Notes under the pieces: model-generated
The model's input: only the letters and a program-made list of their open reading frames with translations
The model's database searches: none
Told to the model about the DNA's origin: nothing
Assembly: GCA_963695545.1 (NCBI GenBank)
Contig: OY968796.1
Location: 160,001-224,000 of the forward strand
Direction of reading: 5' to 3'
Length of the DNA stretch: 64,000 nucleotides
DNA from: Terriglobia bacterium
Lineage (GTDB): Bacteria; Acidobacteriota; Terriglobia; Acidiferrales; UBA7541
In this document: piece after piece, positions 40,426 through 50,801 of the stretch
How positions within the stretch are numbered: position 1 is the stretch's first letter
Layout: the number at the start of each line of letters is the position of its first letter
Position numbers and translations under genes: made by a program

Positions 40426-42654
40426 TTAGCGGTGATGTCCTCCACCGCCGCCGTGGGAACCGCCGCCTCCGCCGCCTCGCGATCCTCCTCCGCCACCGCC
40501 GCGTGATCCACCGCCGCCGCTGGGCGCACTGTAACCGCGCCCTCCGCCACTCGGTGCGCTATAGCCTCCGCGGCTCGATCCACCGTAACTGCCGCGACCG
40601 TAGCTGCCGCCATAACTATTGTTGGGGCGGCTGACGATCGGTTGCCTCATGTTAAGCGGCGGACGGTAGCTGGGCGATGTGTTTGAGGGCCGCGAGTAGT
40701 TGCCGCGGGAATCGGTTCTGCTTTCGGGCCGCGATGACGGCGCGAACTGTTGGTAGCCGTTTCCGCGGCCCGCAGTGTCAGCCGTGCCGCGATTGCCGCC
40801 GCCAGGGTATCCGTTTCCTTCACTGGGGCGATACGATGGCGTCGAATTGTGGTTGCCGCGTTCGTCGTTTGAATTAGCCGAACCGCGTTGGCCTCCGGCC
40901 GAACCAGAATCGCCAAAACGATGCCATCCTTCGCCCCCGGTCGCGGCGCGGGAGTCGCCCGAACGCGAGTACGACGATTGGGCGTCGCCGCGCGCAGCTT
41001 CGTTGTTCGTTCCGTAGCGCGCGTTCTCCTGGATATTCTGGCGCTCCGTTGCGGAAGTCTGATCGAACGACCGAGAAACGGCCGCGGTTTGTCGCACGGA
41101 GTAAAAATGTTCATCGTTGGCGCGAGCCGAGATCGTGGATGGATTCGCCGCGCGGCCACTGGCGCTCAAGCTTCCGCGAGTTGGCGCCACAGGCATTCGC
41201 CCGGTCATCATGCTGCCCTGCCGAATCATGTCGCGAGAAGCCGGCGTGATGCCAACGCGGCCCGCACCGAAGCGGCCGGCCGGGACGGTTGAGAGGGCGC
41301 CCCGCAAGCGATCGTTCCCTGCGAAGCCAAGAGTTGAGAAACCCCCGGAGCGCAGCGGCGCAAAACCGCCTGAGCGGAAGCCCAGATGATTCACGTCCGC
41401 GTATCCGTAGCGCCCACCGAACCCTCCGTACCACGGGAAGAAGCGATCACCCGGGCCGATCGGGAGCCAGCCGTAGGAACCAAATCCGAAGCCGCCGCCG
41501 AAACCAAAGAACGACACGTACGCCGGCGCCCAAATCGGCCGATAGAATCGGCCCCAGCCGAAGCCTGCGCCCCAGCCGAAGCCTCCACCAAAACCCCAGC
41601 CGCCGAAGCCGCCGTAAACAGGACCGGGCCACCACGCCCAAGCGTTATCGCAGAGGAACCAACGCCCATAGTGATACGGCGCCCATCCCCACGGCTCATA
41701 GGAAACCCACGTCCATCCGTAGTAGGGCTCATAAACCCACTGACCATCCTGATAAGGCGCCCAGCCGGGGCCGACGCTCGGCTCCCAGACCTGGCCGTAA
41801 TCGGGTGAGTTAACCCAAGAGCCGTTGTTGTCGAGATCTTGCGTGCCAACATAATAAGGATCTGTGTTCTGCCAGCTCTGCGCGTCTTGAATCTGCCGAT
41901 CGCGTCCTTCGACCCAGGTGTCAAACGAATCCTTGTCGGGCGCGTCGGTCACCTTGTACTGCGCTGCGTCGCCGGCGCCCTCGATGGTAATGAGCTGGCC
42001 TTTCGAGACGTGCGTGCTGCCCTGAGGCGTGGAAACTTCAGCTTCGCCATTGCGCACGATCACCTGCGTCTCGGTGTCCGAGAGAACCAGGATGCGGAAG
42101 CTGCCCTCATTCTGGCTCGGGTGCACCGCGACGTTCGGCGTATCGATCTCAACATCGGATTCGCTGTGCTTGAAAACTGAAAAATTTACCAAGCCCTGCG
42201 CCACCTGGACTTGAATCTGTTGATTGCCGAGCGCGGTGATATTGGCTTGCGCGTGCTGATCGAGGCGAAGAACGTCGGCAAAATCGAGCTGCACTTCGGC
42301 CTGCGCATTCGCGCCGGTAGAAATTTTGTCGCCGGCTTCAAGCGGCTGATTGATCGTCGCGGCCGACCAATCGCCGGAGTCGCCGCGCTGCGTCGATGCG
42401 TCGCCGCGAATCAAACTGATCCGCGCTACGCCCGGCTGCGCCTGCGGCTGGTCTTGCGTTTGAGATTGATTCTGCGATTGGTCGGGCGCGCCGGCGGGCG
42501 GCGCCGGCGGCGCCGTCTGCTGCATCTGCGCCTGCGATTGATCCTGCGATTGGTCGGGCGCCTGGGAATCATCCGGCGCTTGCGCCAGGACACTTCCGGC
42601 GCCGAACAGCGCCAATGTCAAAATCGCGGTTACTCCAAGAAGTTTGGTCGTCAT
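40426..42654 (-). CDS. Secreted FecR-like/DUF6600 domain protein with Gly-rich tail
   Basis: VARISLIRG FecR-like region, GWTWVSYEPWGWAPYHYGRW, poly-Gly C-terminus. Confidence 0.8.
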   Translation of the reverse strand: MTTKLLGVTAILTLALFGAGSVLAQAPDDSQAPDQSQDQSQAQMQQTAPPAPPAGAPDQSQNQSQTQDQPQAQPGVARISLIRGDASTQRGDSGDWSAATINQPLEAGDKISTGANAQAEVQLDFADVLRLDQHAQANITALGNQQIQVQVAQGLVNFSVFKHSESDVEIDTPNVAVHPSQNEGSFRILVLSDTETQVIVRNGEAEVSTPQGSTHVSKGQLITIEGAGDAAQYKVTDAPDKDSFDTWVEGRDRQIQDAQSWQNTDPYYVGTQDLDNNGSWVNSPDYGQVWEPSVGPGWAPYQDGQWVYEPYYGWTWVSYEPWGWAPYHYGRWFLCDNAWAWWPGPVYGGFGGWGFGGGFGWGAGFGWGRFYRPIWAPAYVSFFGFGGGFGFGSYGWLPIGPGDRFFPWYGGFGGRYGYADVNHLGFRSGGFAPLRSGGFSTLGFAGNDRLRGALSTVPAGRFGAGRVGITPASRDMIRQGSMMTGRMPVAPTRGSLSASGRAANPSTISARANDEHFYSVRQTAAVSRSFDQTSATERQNIQENARYGTNNEAARGDAQSSYSRSGDSRAATGGEGWHRFGDSGSAGGQRGSANSNDERGNHNSTPSYRPSEGNGYPGGGNRGTADTAGRGNGYQQFAPSSRPESRTDSRGNYSRPSNTSPSYRPPLNMRQPIVSRPNNSYGGSYGRGSYGGSSRGGYSAPSGGGRGYSAPSGGGGSRGGGGGGSRGGGGGGSHGGGGGHHR

Positions 42655-42705
42655 GATTGCCTTTGAGCCTCCCCCAAATACATAGAAACCATACGCAGTT
42701 TAGAT

Positions 42706-42721
42706 AGCAGGCGGCGTGCCA
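42706..42721 (-). promoter_or_regulatory. Sigma-54 (-24/-12) promoter
   Basis: Minus strand TGGCACGCCGCCTGCT (GG-N10-GC), about 50 nt before the DUF6600 start. Confidence 0.75.
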
Positions 42722-42890
42722 GACTAGTCCAGGTCGGCGCACATCATAAGATTAGTGGATTCAGCGATTTGCAGGTAATTTCCGGCAGCCGTCGGCGCAT
42801 CTCCGCAGAGCCTCTGGCCGATTTCAATCAGAAGTGGTGGATTTCAGCCACCGGTGCGCGCCCTCGAGATACGGTCGAGCACTGTGCGAC

Positions 42891-44261
42891 TCACGATTCT
42901 TTTTCGGGGTCGTCGGCGATGCCCACTCGCGAAAGTCGATAACGCAGAGCGTTGCGGGAGAGGCCGAGCATCCGCGCGGCGCGGCTTTTGTTTCCGGCCG
43001 TGCGGCGCAGCGCTTCGCGAATTAATTCATCTTCCCACTGCTCGAGCGTGACGCCTTCCGGCAAGAGCGCGCCGGATTCGATAGCTGGCCGCGCCCGGCC
43101 GGAATCGAGTCGGATGTCCGCAACTTCGAGAATCGGTCCTTCGGCCATCGCGCAAGCGCGCTCGATCACGTTTTCAAGTTCGCGCACGTTGCCGGGCCAG
43201 TGAAATTCCATCAGGCGCTGCAATGCATCGGGGCGGATGCTGGTGACGGATTTGTCTCCGCCGCGCGAAAATCTTTCGATGAAGAGCTGCACAAGATCGG
43301 GAATGTCTTCGGTGTGTTCGCGTAACGGCGGGATGTCCACGGGCACAACATTCAAGCGGTAATACAAATCCTCGCGAAAAGTTCCCTCTTCAAGCGCGGC
43401 GCGAAGATCGCGATTCGTCGCGGCCACCAAACGAACATCGACCTTAAGCGTGCGCGTGCCGCCCAGCCGCTCAAATTCGCGTTCCTGCAGAACGCGCAGG
43501 AGTTTCACTTGCGTCGCGGGGGGAACGTCGCCAATCTCATCGAGAAACAGCGTGCCCTTGTCGGCGAGCTCGAACTTGCCGGGCTTTGTGCCCGCCGCGC
43601 CGGTGAACGCTCCCTTCTCGTATCCGAAAAGTTCGCTTTCGAGCAGATTCTCGGGGATCGCCGTGCTGTTGATTTTTATGAATGGGCCCGCGGCGCGGCG
43701 AGATTTTTCGTGAATCACGTGGGCGATCAAGTCCTTGCCCACGCCGCTTTCGCCGCCGAGCAGCACTGTTGAATTTGTCGGCGCGATGCGCTCGATCGTG
43801 GCCATCACCTCCTGCATTTTGGCGCTGCGCGTCACCACGTTCGGATGCGTGTACTTTTGGCCCAACGCTTCGCGCAACGTGCGGTTTTCTTCGCGCAGTC
43901 GGCGCACGTCCAGTTCCTTCTGGATGACCATTTTCATTTCCGCCAGCGAAAACGGTTTCAACACGTAGTCGCTCGCGCCGGCCTTCATGGCTTCCACCGC
44001 GGTTTCGACCGTGCCGTACGCCGTCATCACCACCACGGGCAGCGCGGCATTGGTGCGCTTCACCGCGTGCAAAAATTCGAGACCGTCCATGCCCGGCAGC
44101 TTCAGGTCGGTGACCACCAGATCGATCGCATCCTGCCGCACAAGCTTCAGACCTTGCTCCGCGTCGGCCGCGGCCAGCACACGGTGCCCCTCCTCGCTCA
44201 AATCGAGTTCGAGCAAGCGCCGCAGCTTCGGTTCGTCTTCGACAATCAGTATCGTTGACAT
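42891..44261 (-). CDS. Sigma-54-dependent response regulator (NtrC/AtoC family)
   Basis: Receiver, GESGVGKD, ESELFGYEKGAFTGA, WPGNVRELEN, Fis-type HTH. Confidence 0.95.
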   Translation of the reverse strand: MSTILIVEDEPKLRRLLELDLSEEGHRVLAAADAEQGLKLVRQDAIDLVVTDLKLPGMDGLEFLHAVKRTNAALPVVVMTAYGTVETAVEAMKAGASDYVLKPFSLAEMKMVIQKELDVRRLREENRTLREALGQKYTHPNVVTRSAKMQEVMATIERIAPTNSTVLLGGESGVGKDLIAHVIHEKSRRAAGPFIKINSTAIPENLLESELFGYEKGAFTGAAGTKPGKFELADKGTLFLDEIGDVPPATQVKLLRVLQEREFERLGGTRTLKVDVRLVAATNRDLRAALEEGTFREDLYYRLNVVPVDIPPLREHTEDIPDLVQLFIERFSRGGDKSVTSIRPDALQRLMEFHWPGNVRELENVIERACAMAEGPILEVADIRLDSGRARPAIESGALLPEGVTLEQWEDELIREALRRTAGNKSRAARMLGLSRNALRYRLSRVGIADDPEKES

Positions 44262-44266
44262 GTTTT

Positions 44267-45757
44267 TCAGACGTCCTGCGGCTCGGCGCTCGCCGCTCCC
44301 GGCGCCACTGGCAGAAACACGACCAAGCGCGCCCCGCGCGGACTCGATTCCAAATGTATCGTACCGCGATGCTCATCCACGATTTTCGAGACGATCGAAA
44401 GCCCCAGGCCCACGCCGGTCTTCTTCGTGGTTACGAACGGATTGAAAATCTGCTCGCACATTTCCGGCGCCACGCCCGGCCCGGTGTCCTCGATGCGCAC
44501 TTCGATGCCGGCGCGTCCGCCGGATTGCGCGGGCGCGAGCGAAACGCGCAGCGTGCCGCCTGCGTCGCCCATGGCTTCGTAGGCGTTCTGCACCAAATTC
44601 ACGAATGCGCGATCGGCCAAATTTTCGTCCAGCGGAATTTGCGGCAGGTCCGGCGCGAAGTTGCGTTCCACGCGCACCGCGCCGCCGCGCCAGGATTCGG
44701 CGACCGTTGCGAGCGCGCGCTCGACAAGCGCTGTGAGCGAAGCCGGATATCGCTCGGCGTGCAACGGCCGCGCGAAATCGAGAAAGCGCGAGACCAGCGC
44801 GCTGACGCGATTGACCTCGCTTGAAATGTATCCCGCCAATTCCCCGGCCAGTGGATTCGATGTGCCGATTCTCTGTTCAAGCATCTCCGCCGATCCTTTG
44901 ATCACGCTCAGCGGATTGCGAATTTCGTGCGCGAGTCCGGCGGAAAGTTGGCCGAGCGCCGCCAAACGCTCCGAGCGCCGCGCTTCGTCCTGCGCCAGCT
45001 CGAGGCGGCGATTGGTTTCGGCCAGACGCGCGGCGAGGCCGCGATAGAGCGCCGTCTGACGGCGGATCTCGATCGAAAAGCGATTCACCAAAACGGCCAC
45101 CAGGAAAAAGAACAAGATGCGGATGGCGAGCTCGCCCAGAGCGTCCAATCCAATCTGATATTCCTGCATGGCCGGAAGCAGGTAAGAGCAATAAGCCGCC
45201 GAAGCCAGCAGCGTCCACAGAAGCGTGCCGATCGTGTCGAAGTACATCGCCGCGGTCATCACCGGCAGAAAATAGATCGGGTAGTAGCTGCTGTTGATCG
45301 TGGCTTCCATACCCGTGTGATCGATCAAGAGCGTGGCCAGCGCGATCTTCAGCAGCACCGCGTAGTAGCGGCCTCTACGCGGCTCGAATCGTATCAAGCG
45401 TGCTTCGAGCAATTGCACCGCGGCGATCACCAGCAGAATAAGTTGCTTATGGATTTCGCGAATGGGCGGAAGAATCGCGAGGCCGGCGAGTATGGCCACC
45501 ACCAGCCAATCGATCCAGCCACGGCCGTCGCGCTCGACTCGATCAGAAGCCTCGTCGCCCGCGTCATCGGGAAATGTTTTGGGAATTGTGCTGGAAGCCG
45601 GTCCGGCAGCCCTGGCCAAAGGTCCGCTGGCGCCGGTGTCCGCGTCGCTTCGGCGAATCGCGGTCGCCGGCTCGAATTCGGCAGCCGGTCGCGCGCTACG
45701 TTCGGAACGTGCGTGGAAGAGCTCGGCCATCGCAGACATTATTACAACGAAAGCCAC
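44267..45757 (-). CDS. Membrane sensor histidine kinase (start uncertain)
   Basis: TM helices, LAHEIRNPL, NLVQNA, DTGPG, FVTTKKTGVGLGL. Confidence 0.9.
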   Translation of the reverse strand: MAFVVIMSAMAELFHARSERSARPAAEFEPATAIRRSDADTGASGPLARAAGPASSTIPKTFPDDAGDEASDRVERDGRGWIDWLVVAILAGLAILPPIREIHKQLILLVIAAVQLLEARLIRFEPRRGRYYAVLLKIALATLLIDHTGMEATINSSYYPIYFLPVMTAAMYFDTIGTLLWTLLASAAYCSYLLPAMQEYQIGLDALGELAIRILFFFLVAVLVNRFSIEIRRQTALYRGLAARLAETNRRLELAQDEARRSERLAALGQLSAGLAHEIRNPLSVIKGSAEMLEQRIGTSNPLAGELAGYISSEVNRVSALVSRFLDFARPLHAERYPASLTALVERALATVAESWRGGAVRVERNFAPDLPQIPLDENLADRAFVNLVQNAYEAMGDAGGTLRVSLAPAQSGGRAGIEVRIEDTGPGVAPEMCEQIFNPFVTTKKTGVGLGLSIVSKIVDEHRGTIHLESSPRGARLVVFLPVAPGAASAEPQDV

Positions 45758-45800
45758 CCTTAGCGGCGACTTTCGCTCACGAGCTCTTGCGCTCTACGCG

Positions 45801-47678
45801 TCAAGAATGCGGGGGCTTCGACGATGAGGGTTTCGAGCCCTGCCCACCGTTGGTTTGGCTCCCACTGGAGTGGTCGTTCTGATGCACTTCCTCGTGTTTC
45901 GTCTGCCAGCCCTGCTCCTTCTCGGTATCGCTTTGCTTTTCTTGCGGCGTGGGATCGCGTACCGGCGGCGCCGCACGAACGTTCGGCGTCCGCGATGGAG
46001 CCGGCGTTTGATTCTCATCGACGTGGCCGTTGCTCGGGCCTTCTGAATTTCGGGCCGGCGGCGGAGCTTCATTTCCGCCCGGCTGGCTTGGAGGCCGGTA
46101 GCCCGGCGCGCCACCCGGCGCACTGGCCGGCGCATTTCCGCCGCTCGGGCGCTCCTCCACTACCGGGCCGCGGCTTGCGTTCGCAGCGCTATTCCCGTGG
46201 AAACTCGCCGGAGCCGCCGGTGTGTGCACGACCACCGCTGATCGGCTCACGACCGTCGCGGGCGGGCGAGTCGTCGTGACGCGCCCTCCGCCGGCAACGC
46301 TCGCGCGCGTCGGTTCGGCCGCGGGGCCCGCGCGATTCACGGGCGCCGAAGCCAAATCGCTTTCCGGAACATTGACGACATTCCGCGAGACCATCGCGCC
46401 GCTGACAAACGTATCGTGCGAGACGACCGTCACTCCGCCCGCGACGTGCTGATTCGCATAGGTCACATCTCTCGCGTTGTTGTGATACACATCGAGCACC
46501 GTCGTGCGATCAACGACCGTGTTCGTCACGTTGACGCGCGTCATATACCCCGCGCTCACGTGATATGTGGGCATGAAAACCTCTCGCGGCCCCAACGGAA
46601 ACCACGCGATCCCTCCGCCTCCACCGATCGCGACCGAGAACGAAAATCCCGGCGCTCCGCCGACCCAGCCCACCAGCGCCGGGGCGTACACCGGGCGCAC
46701 GCCGACGACGTATGGGCCCGGGACCCATCCCCAGCGCCCGCCGAAAGTCGCCCACCGGCCATAGTGGTACGGCGCAAATCCCCACGGCTCACCGCCCACC
46801 CACGTCCAGCCCCACGGCGCGATCCAAACCCAGTGGCCGTCGCGGTACGGCGCCCAGCCCACGGCAACTCCAGTGGGAAACCAAACGGCGCCGTAATCAG
46901 CCTCCGGAGTCCAAGAGCCATAGGCGTCCAGATCTTCGGAGCCGGTCACGTCCGGCGAGACATACTGCGGAGCGGGTGTGCTCTCTGCGGCCGCGTCGCG
47001 TTGCGCCGACCACTGCTGGAAACTCGACTGCGGCAGCGAATCCGCATCCTCCAGACTGTAATCGAGCGTGTCCGTGCCGGTGAAAGTCGCCTGCTGATCC
47101 GCCGTGATGTTCCACGAACGCCCGCCTCCGGTGACTTGCCCCTCGCCACTTACGGCGGTAACCTCCGTAACGGACTTATCCGGGTCTACATCGACTTGAT
47201 ACGTGCCCGGCTGCAGCACCGTGAATGCCAGATTCGGCGCGTCGATTTCAAACGAATCGTTCGGAGCGAGTTCGCCGAGCCGGACGATCACGGACCCCGC
47301 CGACACCTGAAGCTGAATCAAGCTGTCGGACAAATTCAGAAACGATATTCCGGTGTTGTGATCCATGCGCACGGTGGTCGAACCGACCTGCATTTCGACC
47401 AGTCCATCCGTATCGGCCCAGAGCTGATCGCCCGTGGTGAGCGGACGGTTGGTCTCCGCCGCGACCCAATCGTTGTCGCCGCCGCCGGCCGGCTGGAATG
47501 ACACTGAGCCTTGAAGGAAGTCGAGGTCCGCGACTCGAGCCGGCGGATCGTCAGCCGTGGCGCCTGCGGCCGCGGGTGGCGCAGCTTGCGCCGCGGCCGG
47601 CGCGGGCCCGCGGAGCAAAAGGCCGGCGGCAGCCAACGCCAACGCGGCGAAAAGCAACTTGCGTGTGTCGATCTTCAT
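45801..47678 (-). CDS. Secreted FecR-like/DUF6600 domain protein (paralog of 40426..42654)
   Basis: DPPARVA, GWTWVGGEPWGFAPYHYGRW, WFPLGPRE. Confidence 0.8.
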   Translation of the reverse strand: MKIDTRKLLFAALALAAAGLLLRGPAPAAAQAAPPAAAGATADDPPARVADLDFLQGSVSFQPAGGGDNDWVAAETNRPLTTGDQLWADTDGLVEMQVGSTTVRMDHNTGISFLNLSDSLIQLQVSAGSVIVRLGELAPNDSFEIDAPNLAFTVLQPGTYQVDVDPDKSVTEVTAVSGEGQVTGGGRSWNITADQQATFTGTDTLDYSLEDADSLPQSSFQQWSAQRDAAAESTPAPQYVSPDVTGSEDLDAYGSWTPEADYGAVWFPTGVAVGWAPYRDGHWVWIAPWGWTWVGGEPWGFAPYHYGRWATFGGRWGWVPGPYVVGVRPVYAPALVGWVGGAPGFSFSVAIGGGGGIAWFPLGPREVFMPTYHVSAGYMTRVNVTNTVVDRTTVLDVYHNNARDVTYANQHVAGGVTVVSHDTFVSGAMVSRNVVNVPESDLASAPVNRAGPAAEPTRASVAGGGRVTTTRPPATVVSRSAVVVHTPAAPASFHGNSAANASRGPVVEERPSGGNAPASAPGGAPGYRPPSQPGGNEAPPPARNSEGPSNGHVDENQTPAPSRTPNVRAAPPVRDPTPQEKQSDTEKEQGWQTKHEEVHQNDHSSGSQTNGGQGSKPSSSKPPHS

Positions 47679-47848
47679 ATCGTCCTGCCTCCAGCGAGCT
47701 CGAAGCTGTTTCTCGCACAGTAAAACACGGGCCTACGGATTTAGTTTCCTGCCGGACGCAAAGGGATGTAAGCCCGTCGCCCATTTCTGTGTGTTTGGAT
47801 GCGTTCGCTAACAGTTGCGGCTGGTCACTTCGCTGTCGTCGTGTCGTT

Positions 47849-49189
47849 TCAGTGATGCGCTGCGGCGCCGCCGACGTAGCTGACGCGCCAAATCGTGTTC
47901 GATCCGTCGTCACTCACTAGCAGCGAGCCATCTTTCATCACCGCTACGCCCACCGGCCGGCCCCACACGCCGCCCTGCGGCGTCACGAAGCCCGTCAGGA
48001 AATCCTCATATTCTCCGGTGGCTTTTCCCGTCGAATCCACCGGCACGCGAATCACTTCGTAACCCGTGCGCAGGTGCCGATTCCAGGAACCATGCTCGGC
48101 GTCGAAGATGTCGCCGTGATATTCCTTCGGAAATTGATCGCCTTCGTAGAACAGCATCTCGAGCGGAGCGCTGTGCGGTTGCAGCAAAACGTCGGGAACG
48201 ATGGCTTTGGCACGCAATTCCGGATGCTTGCCCGGAAAACGCGGATCGGGGTTTCCTCCCGTGTAATACCACGGCCAGCCGTAGAAGCCGCCATCCGCCA
48301 CATGCGTGATGTAATCGGGCGGGAGGTTATCTCCCAATTCGTCGCGCTCGTTTGTCGAGCACCAGAGTTCGCCCGTCTCCGGCTGGATGGCTTCGCCCAC
48401 GCAGTTCCGAATTCCCCACGCGTAAACGCGCTTGCTCGAACCATCGGGATTGAATTCGAGCACGTCGGCGCGGTCCGTCTCGCGCGGATCCGCATCCGTG
48501 TCGATGACGTTGGTGGCCGAGCCAACGGAGACGTACATCTTCTTTCCATCCGGGCTGAAGACCACATCGCGCGTCACATGCGCGCCGCCGTGCGGCAATT
48601 CAGGCACGATCGTTTCGGGCTTGCCCGTCGCCACCAGATCGCCATTGTGATAAGGGAAGCGCACCACCGAATCGGTGTCGCCGATGTAAACGTACTGGGG
48701 ATCGGGGCCCGGCGGATAAAATGCGATGCCGAACGGGCGATTCAGTCCCGTGGCAAACACCGAAACGTGCTCGGCTTTTCCTTCCGGCGTCACGCCTCGA
48801 AAAACCAGGATTCGGCCGGGCGGATTATCCGTGATCTTATCCGGGAAACTCTCAGCCAAAAATATATCGCCGTTCGGCGCCGTGCGCATCTCGCGTCCAT
48901 TGTCCAAGCCGCTAGCGTAAAGCTGCACTTTGAAACCGGGCAGCGCCTGAGGAATGGCGTTCGCCGGCCGCGGCACCAGCGCGGGACCATTCTGAATTGT
49001 AGTGGTTGCGTACGGCTGCGGGAGATCCGCCGGAGTGATCTTGCGAAAAACGCCGGGATGTTCGGCGGTAAAATCGTGAAATGCCGCCGCTCCGGTCACC
49101 ACCTCGTGCGGCTTCGCGTCCTGCGAATACGCGGCCAACCAGGAAACACACGCTAGACCCAGCGCGACAAATCCCAATAGCTTCGACAA
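47849..49189 (-). CDS. Glucose/sorbosone dehydrogenase family beta-propeller protein
   Basis: GLNRPFG, YVSVGS, GIRN, NERD, HGSWNR, GRPVGV. Probable TTG start after GGAGG. Confidence 0.85.
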   Translation of the reverse strand: MSKLLGFVALGLACVSWLAAYSQDAKPHEVVTGAAAFHDFTAEHPGVFRKITPADLPQPYATTTIQNGPALVPRPANAIPQALPGFKVQLYASGLDNGREMRTAPNGDIFLAESFPDKITDNPPGRILVFRGVTPEGKAEHVSVFATGLNRPFGIAFYPPGPDPQYVYIGDTDSVVRFPYHNGDLVATGKPETIVPELPHGGAHVTRDVVFSPDGKKMYVSVGSATNVIDTDADPRETDRADVLEFNPDGSSKRVYAWGIRNCVGEAIQPETGELWCSTNERDELGDNLPPDYITHVADGGFYGWPWYYTGGNPDPRFPGKHPELRAKAIVPDVLLQPHSAPLEMLFYEGDQFPKEYHGDIFDAEHGSWNRHLRTGYEVIRVPVDSTGKATGEYEDFLTGFVTPQGGVWGRPVGVAVMKDGSLLVSDDGSNTIWRVSYVGGAAAHH

Positions 49190-49306
49190 AACGCCTCCTT
49201 GGCTCGCCTGCGTCGCATCGTTCCCTCTCGGAACGCCACATTCCACGGCACCCATGCTCGGCGCGCAGGCGCTTGGCCCACGCCATAATACCACCGTCGC
49301 CCGTGC

Positions 49307-49340
49307 AAAAAAAAAGACGGGCGGCTTGCGCCGCCCGTCT
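49307..49340 (-). terminator. Intrinsic terminator
   Basis: Minus strand AGACGGGCGGC-GCAA-GCCGCCCGTCT followed by a T-run. Confidence 0.85.
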
Positions 49341-49373
49341 CGCCGAATTGTAAGTCGGAAGGTCAGCGAATAT

Positions 49374-49709
49374 TTAGTACCCGTTCGCTGCGTTGTGCTT
49401 GTCGCGGTAGATTCCCCGCGAGATTCGGTTTTGCCGATGATTGATCGAAGCCTTCTCGCCCGGCGTTAAGTGACCGTCGTCGCCCCTGCGATCCGCCGCG
49501 ATCGTGCGATTCAAATTAGCTTCGCGGCTCTCGAGATGCGAGGTTTCTTTCGGCGTCAGCGAACCGTTCTTCACGCCGTTGGCGATGCGATCCTGCTGGT
49601 TCACCTTGCGTTGGTGAATTTCCCGGCCGGTGGTCGCGCCGGCGGACATAACGAACGTCAGGGCGGCCGTGGCCAAAGCCATTCTGGAAATTATGTTCGT
49701 GAGTTTCAT
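49374..49709 (-). CDS. Small secreted helical hypothetical protein
   Basis: AAGGAG RBS, signal peptide, NQQDRIANGV..GSLT / GHLT internal repeat. Confidence 0.75.
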   Translation of the reverse strand: MKLTNIISRMALATAALTFVMSAGATTGREIHQRKVNQQDRIANGVKNGSLTPKETSHLESREANLNRTIAADRRGDDGHLTPGEKASINHRQNRISRGIYRDKHNAANGY

Positions 49710-49937
49710 GAGCGTTCTCCTTGTGACAATGATTTCGTATTTGCCTTCGGTCCCTGTTGTTCGTTTCTCGGGTACCTGGGCGTGAAACCCTGCGCGCCTG
49801 AAAAAGTTGCTCGAAGTCTGAATCAAATATGCACACACGTGCGCGCGCACGGCCGAGTACAGTCCAAAATGTCATTATTTATTCAGTGCGTCGGGGACGC
49901 CACAAATCGATCATTCATTCTCACGGGGTTTTCATCG

Positions 49938-50684
49938 CTAAGCCGTCGTGCCGGTGACGGCGGCCACCGCCGTGTGCGTTGCGAGAAACGCGAGCGTCAA
50001 AGGCCACGCCTCGGCCGCGGCCAAAGCGTTGTAGCTCGGTCGCGCGTCGCAAAAGAATCCGTGATCGGCGTCGGAAAATTCCACGTTGACGAAACTCTTT
50101 CCCGCCGCACGCAGCGCGTCGGTCACTGAGCGCACCACGTCGGGACCGAGATGCTTGTCGCGCCCGCCCCAATTCAACAGCACCGGCGCGCGCAGCTCGC
50201 TCACGCGATCGAGCAGCCCCGGACGCTGCGGGCTCGGCGCGATCCCGCCTCCGTAAAAAGAAATCGCGCACGCAACCGGCAACGTTAGCGCGGCGAGAAA
50301 TGCCACGAACCCTCCCATGCAAAATCCCACCGCCGCGATCGGCAACTTGCCGGCGCCGTTCGCCGCGAGCCAACCGTGCGCCGCGCGCAAGTCCGCTTCC
50401 ACCTGCGGATGCCGCAGTGCCTGCACGTGCGGCATTACCGAAGGAAAATCGTCGTAGCGCCCCTCGAACCCACTCGCCGTGCGATGAAATAATTCCGGCG
50501 CGATCGCCGCGTAGCCCTGCCGCGCGAATCGCTCGGTAACGTCCCGAATGTGCCCATTCACGCCAAACGCTTCCTGCCCGACAATCAAACCCGGATAATG
50601 GCCCACCGCAGGCCGCGCCACGTACGCGTGCATCGTCGTGCCGTCGTCAACGCTCAAATCCACGTACTCCGTGCGAATTTCCAT
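49938..50684 (-). CDS. Dienelactone hydrolase family protein
   Basis: QEAFGVN, GFCMGG, HGFFCD. Confidence 0.9.
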   Translation of the reverse strand: MEIRTEYVDLSVDDGTTMHAYVARPAVGHYPGLIVGQEAFGVNGHIRDVTERFARQGYAAIAPELFHRTASGFEGRYDDFPSVMPHVQALRHPQVEADLRAAHGWLAANGAGKLPIAAVGFCMGGFVAFLAALTLPVACAISFYGGGIAPSPQRPGLLDRVSELRAPVLLNWGGRDKHLGPDVVRSVTDALRAAGKSFVNVEFSDADHGFFCDARPSYNALAAAEAWPLTLAFLATHTAVAAVTGTTA

Positions 50685-50801
50685 GAGTCCTTCTCCCGGT
50701 TACGACATCGAAATGATATCACCGGCGGGCTTTGCCGTCCCCGGCCGCCGCGGTTAAAAGGCTTTGAGAAATCTCGGCGGTATGGGATACTGCCCTTGGA
50801 C

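Noticed and set aside
40430..40620. GGC/CCG-rich repeats as a CRISPR or DNA repeat element
   Set aside because: They encode the Gly-rich protein tail; no repeat-spacer structure and no cas genes.
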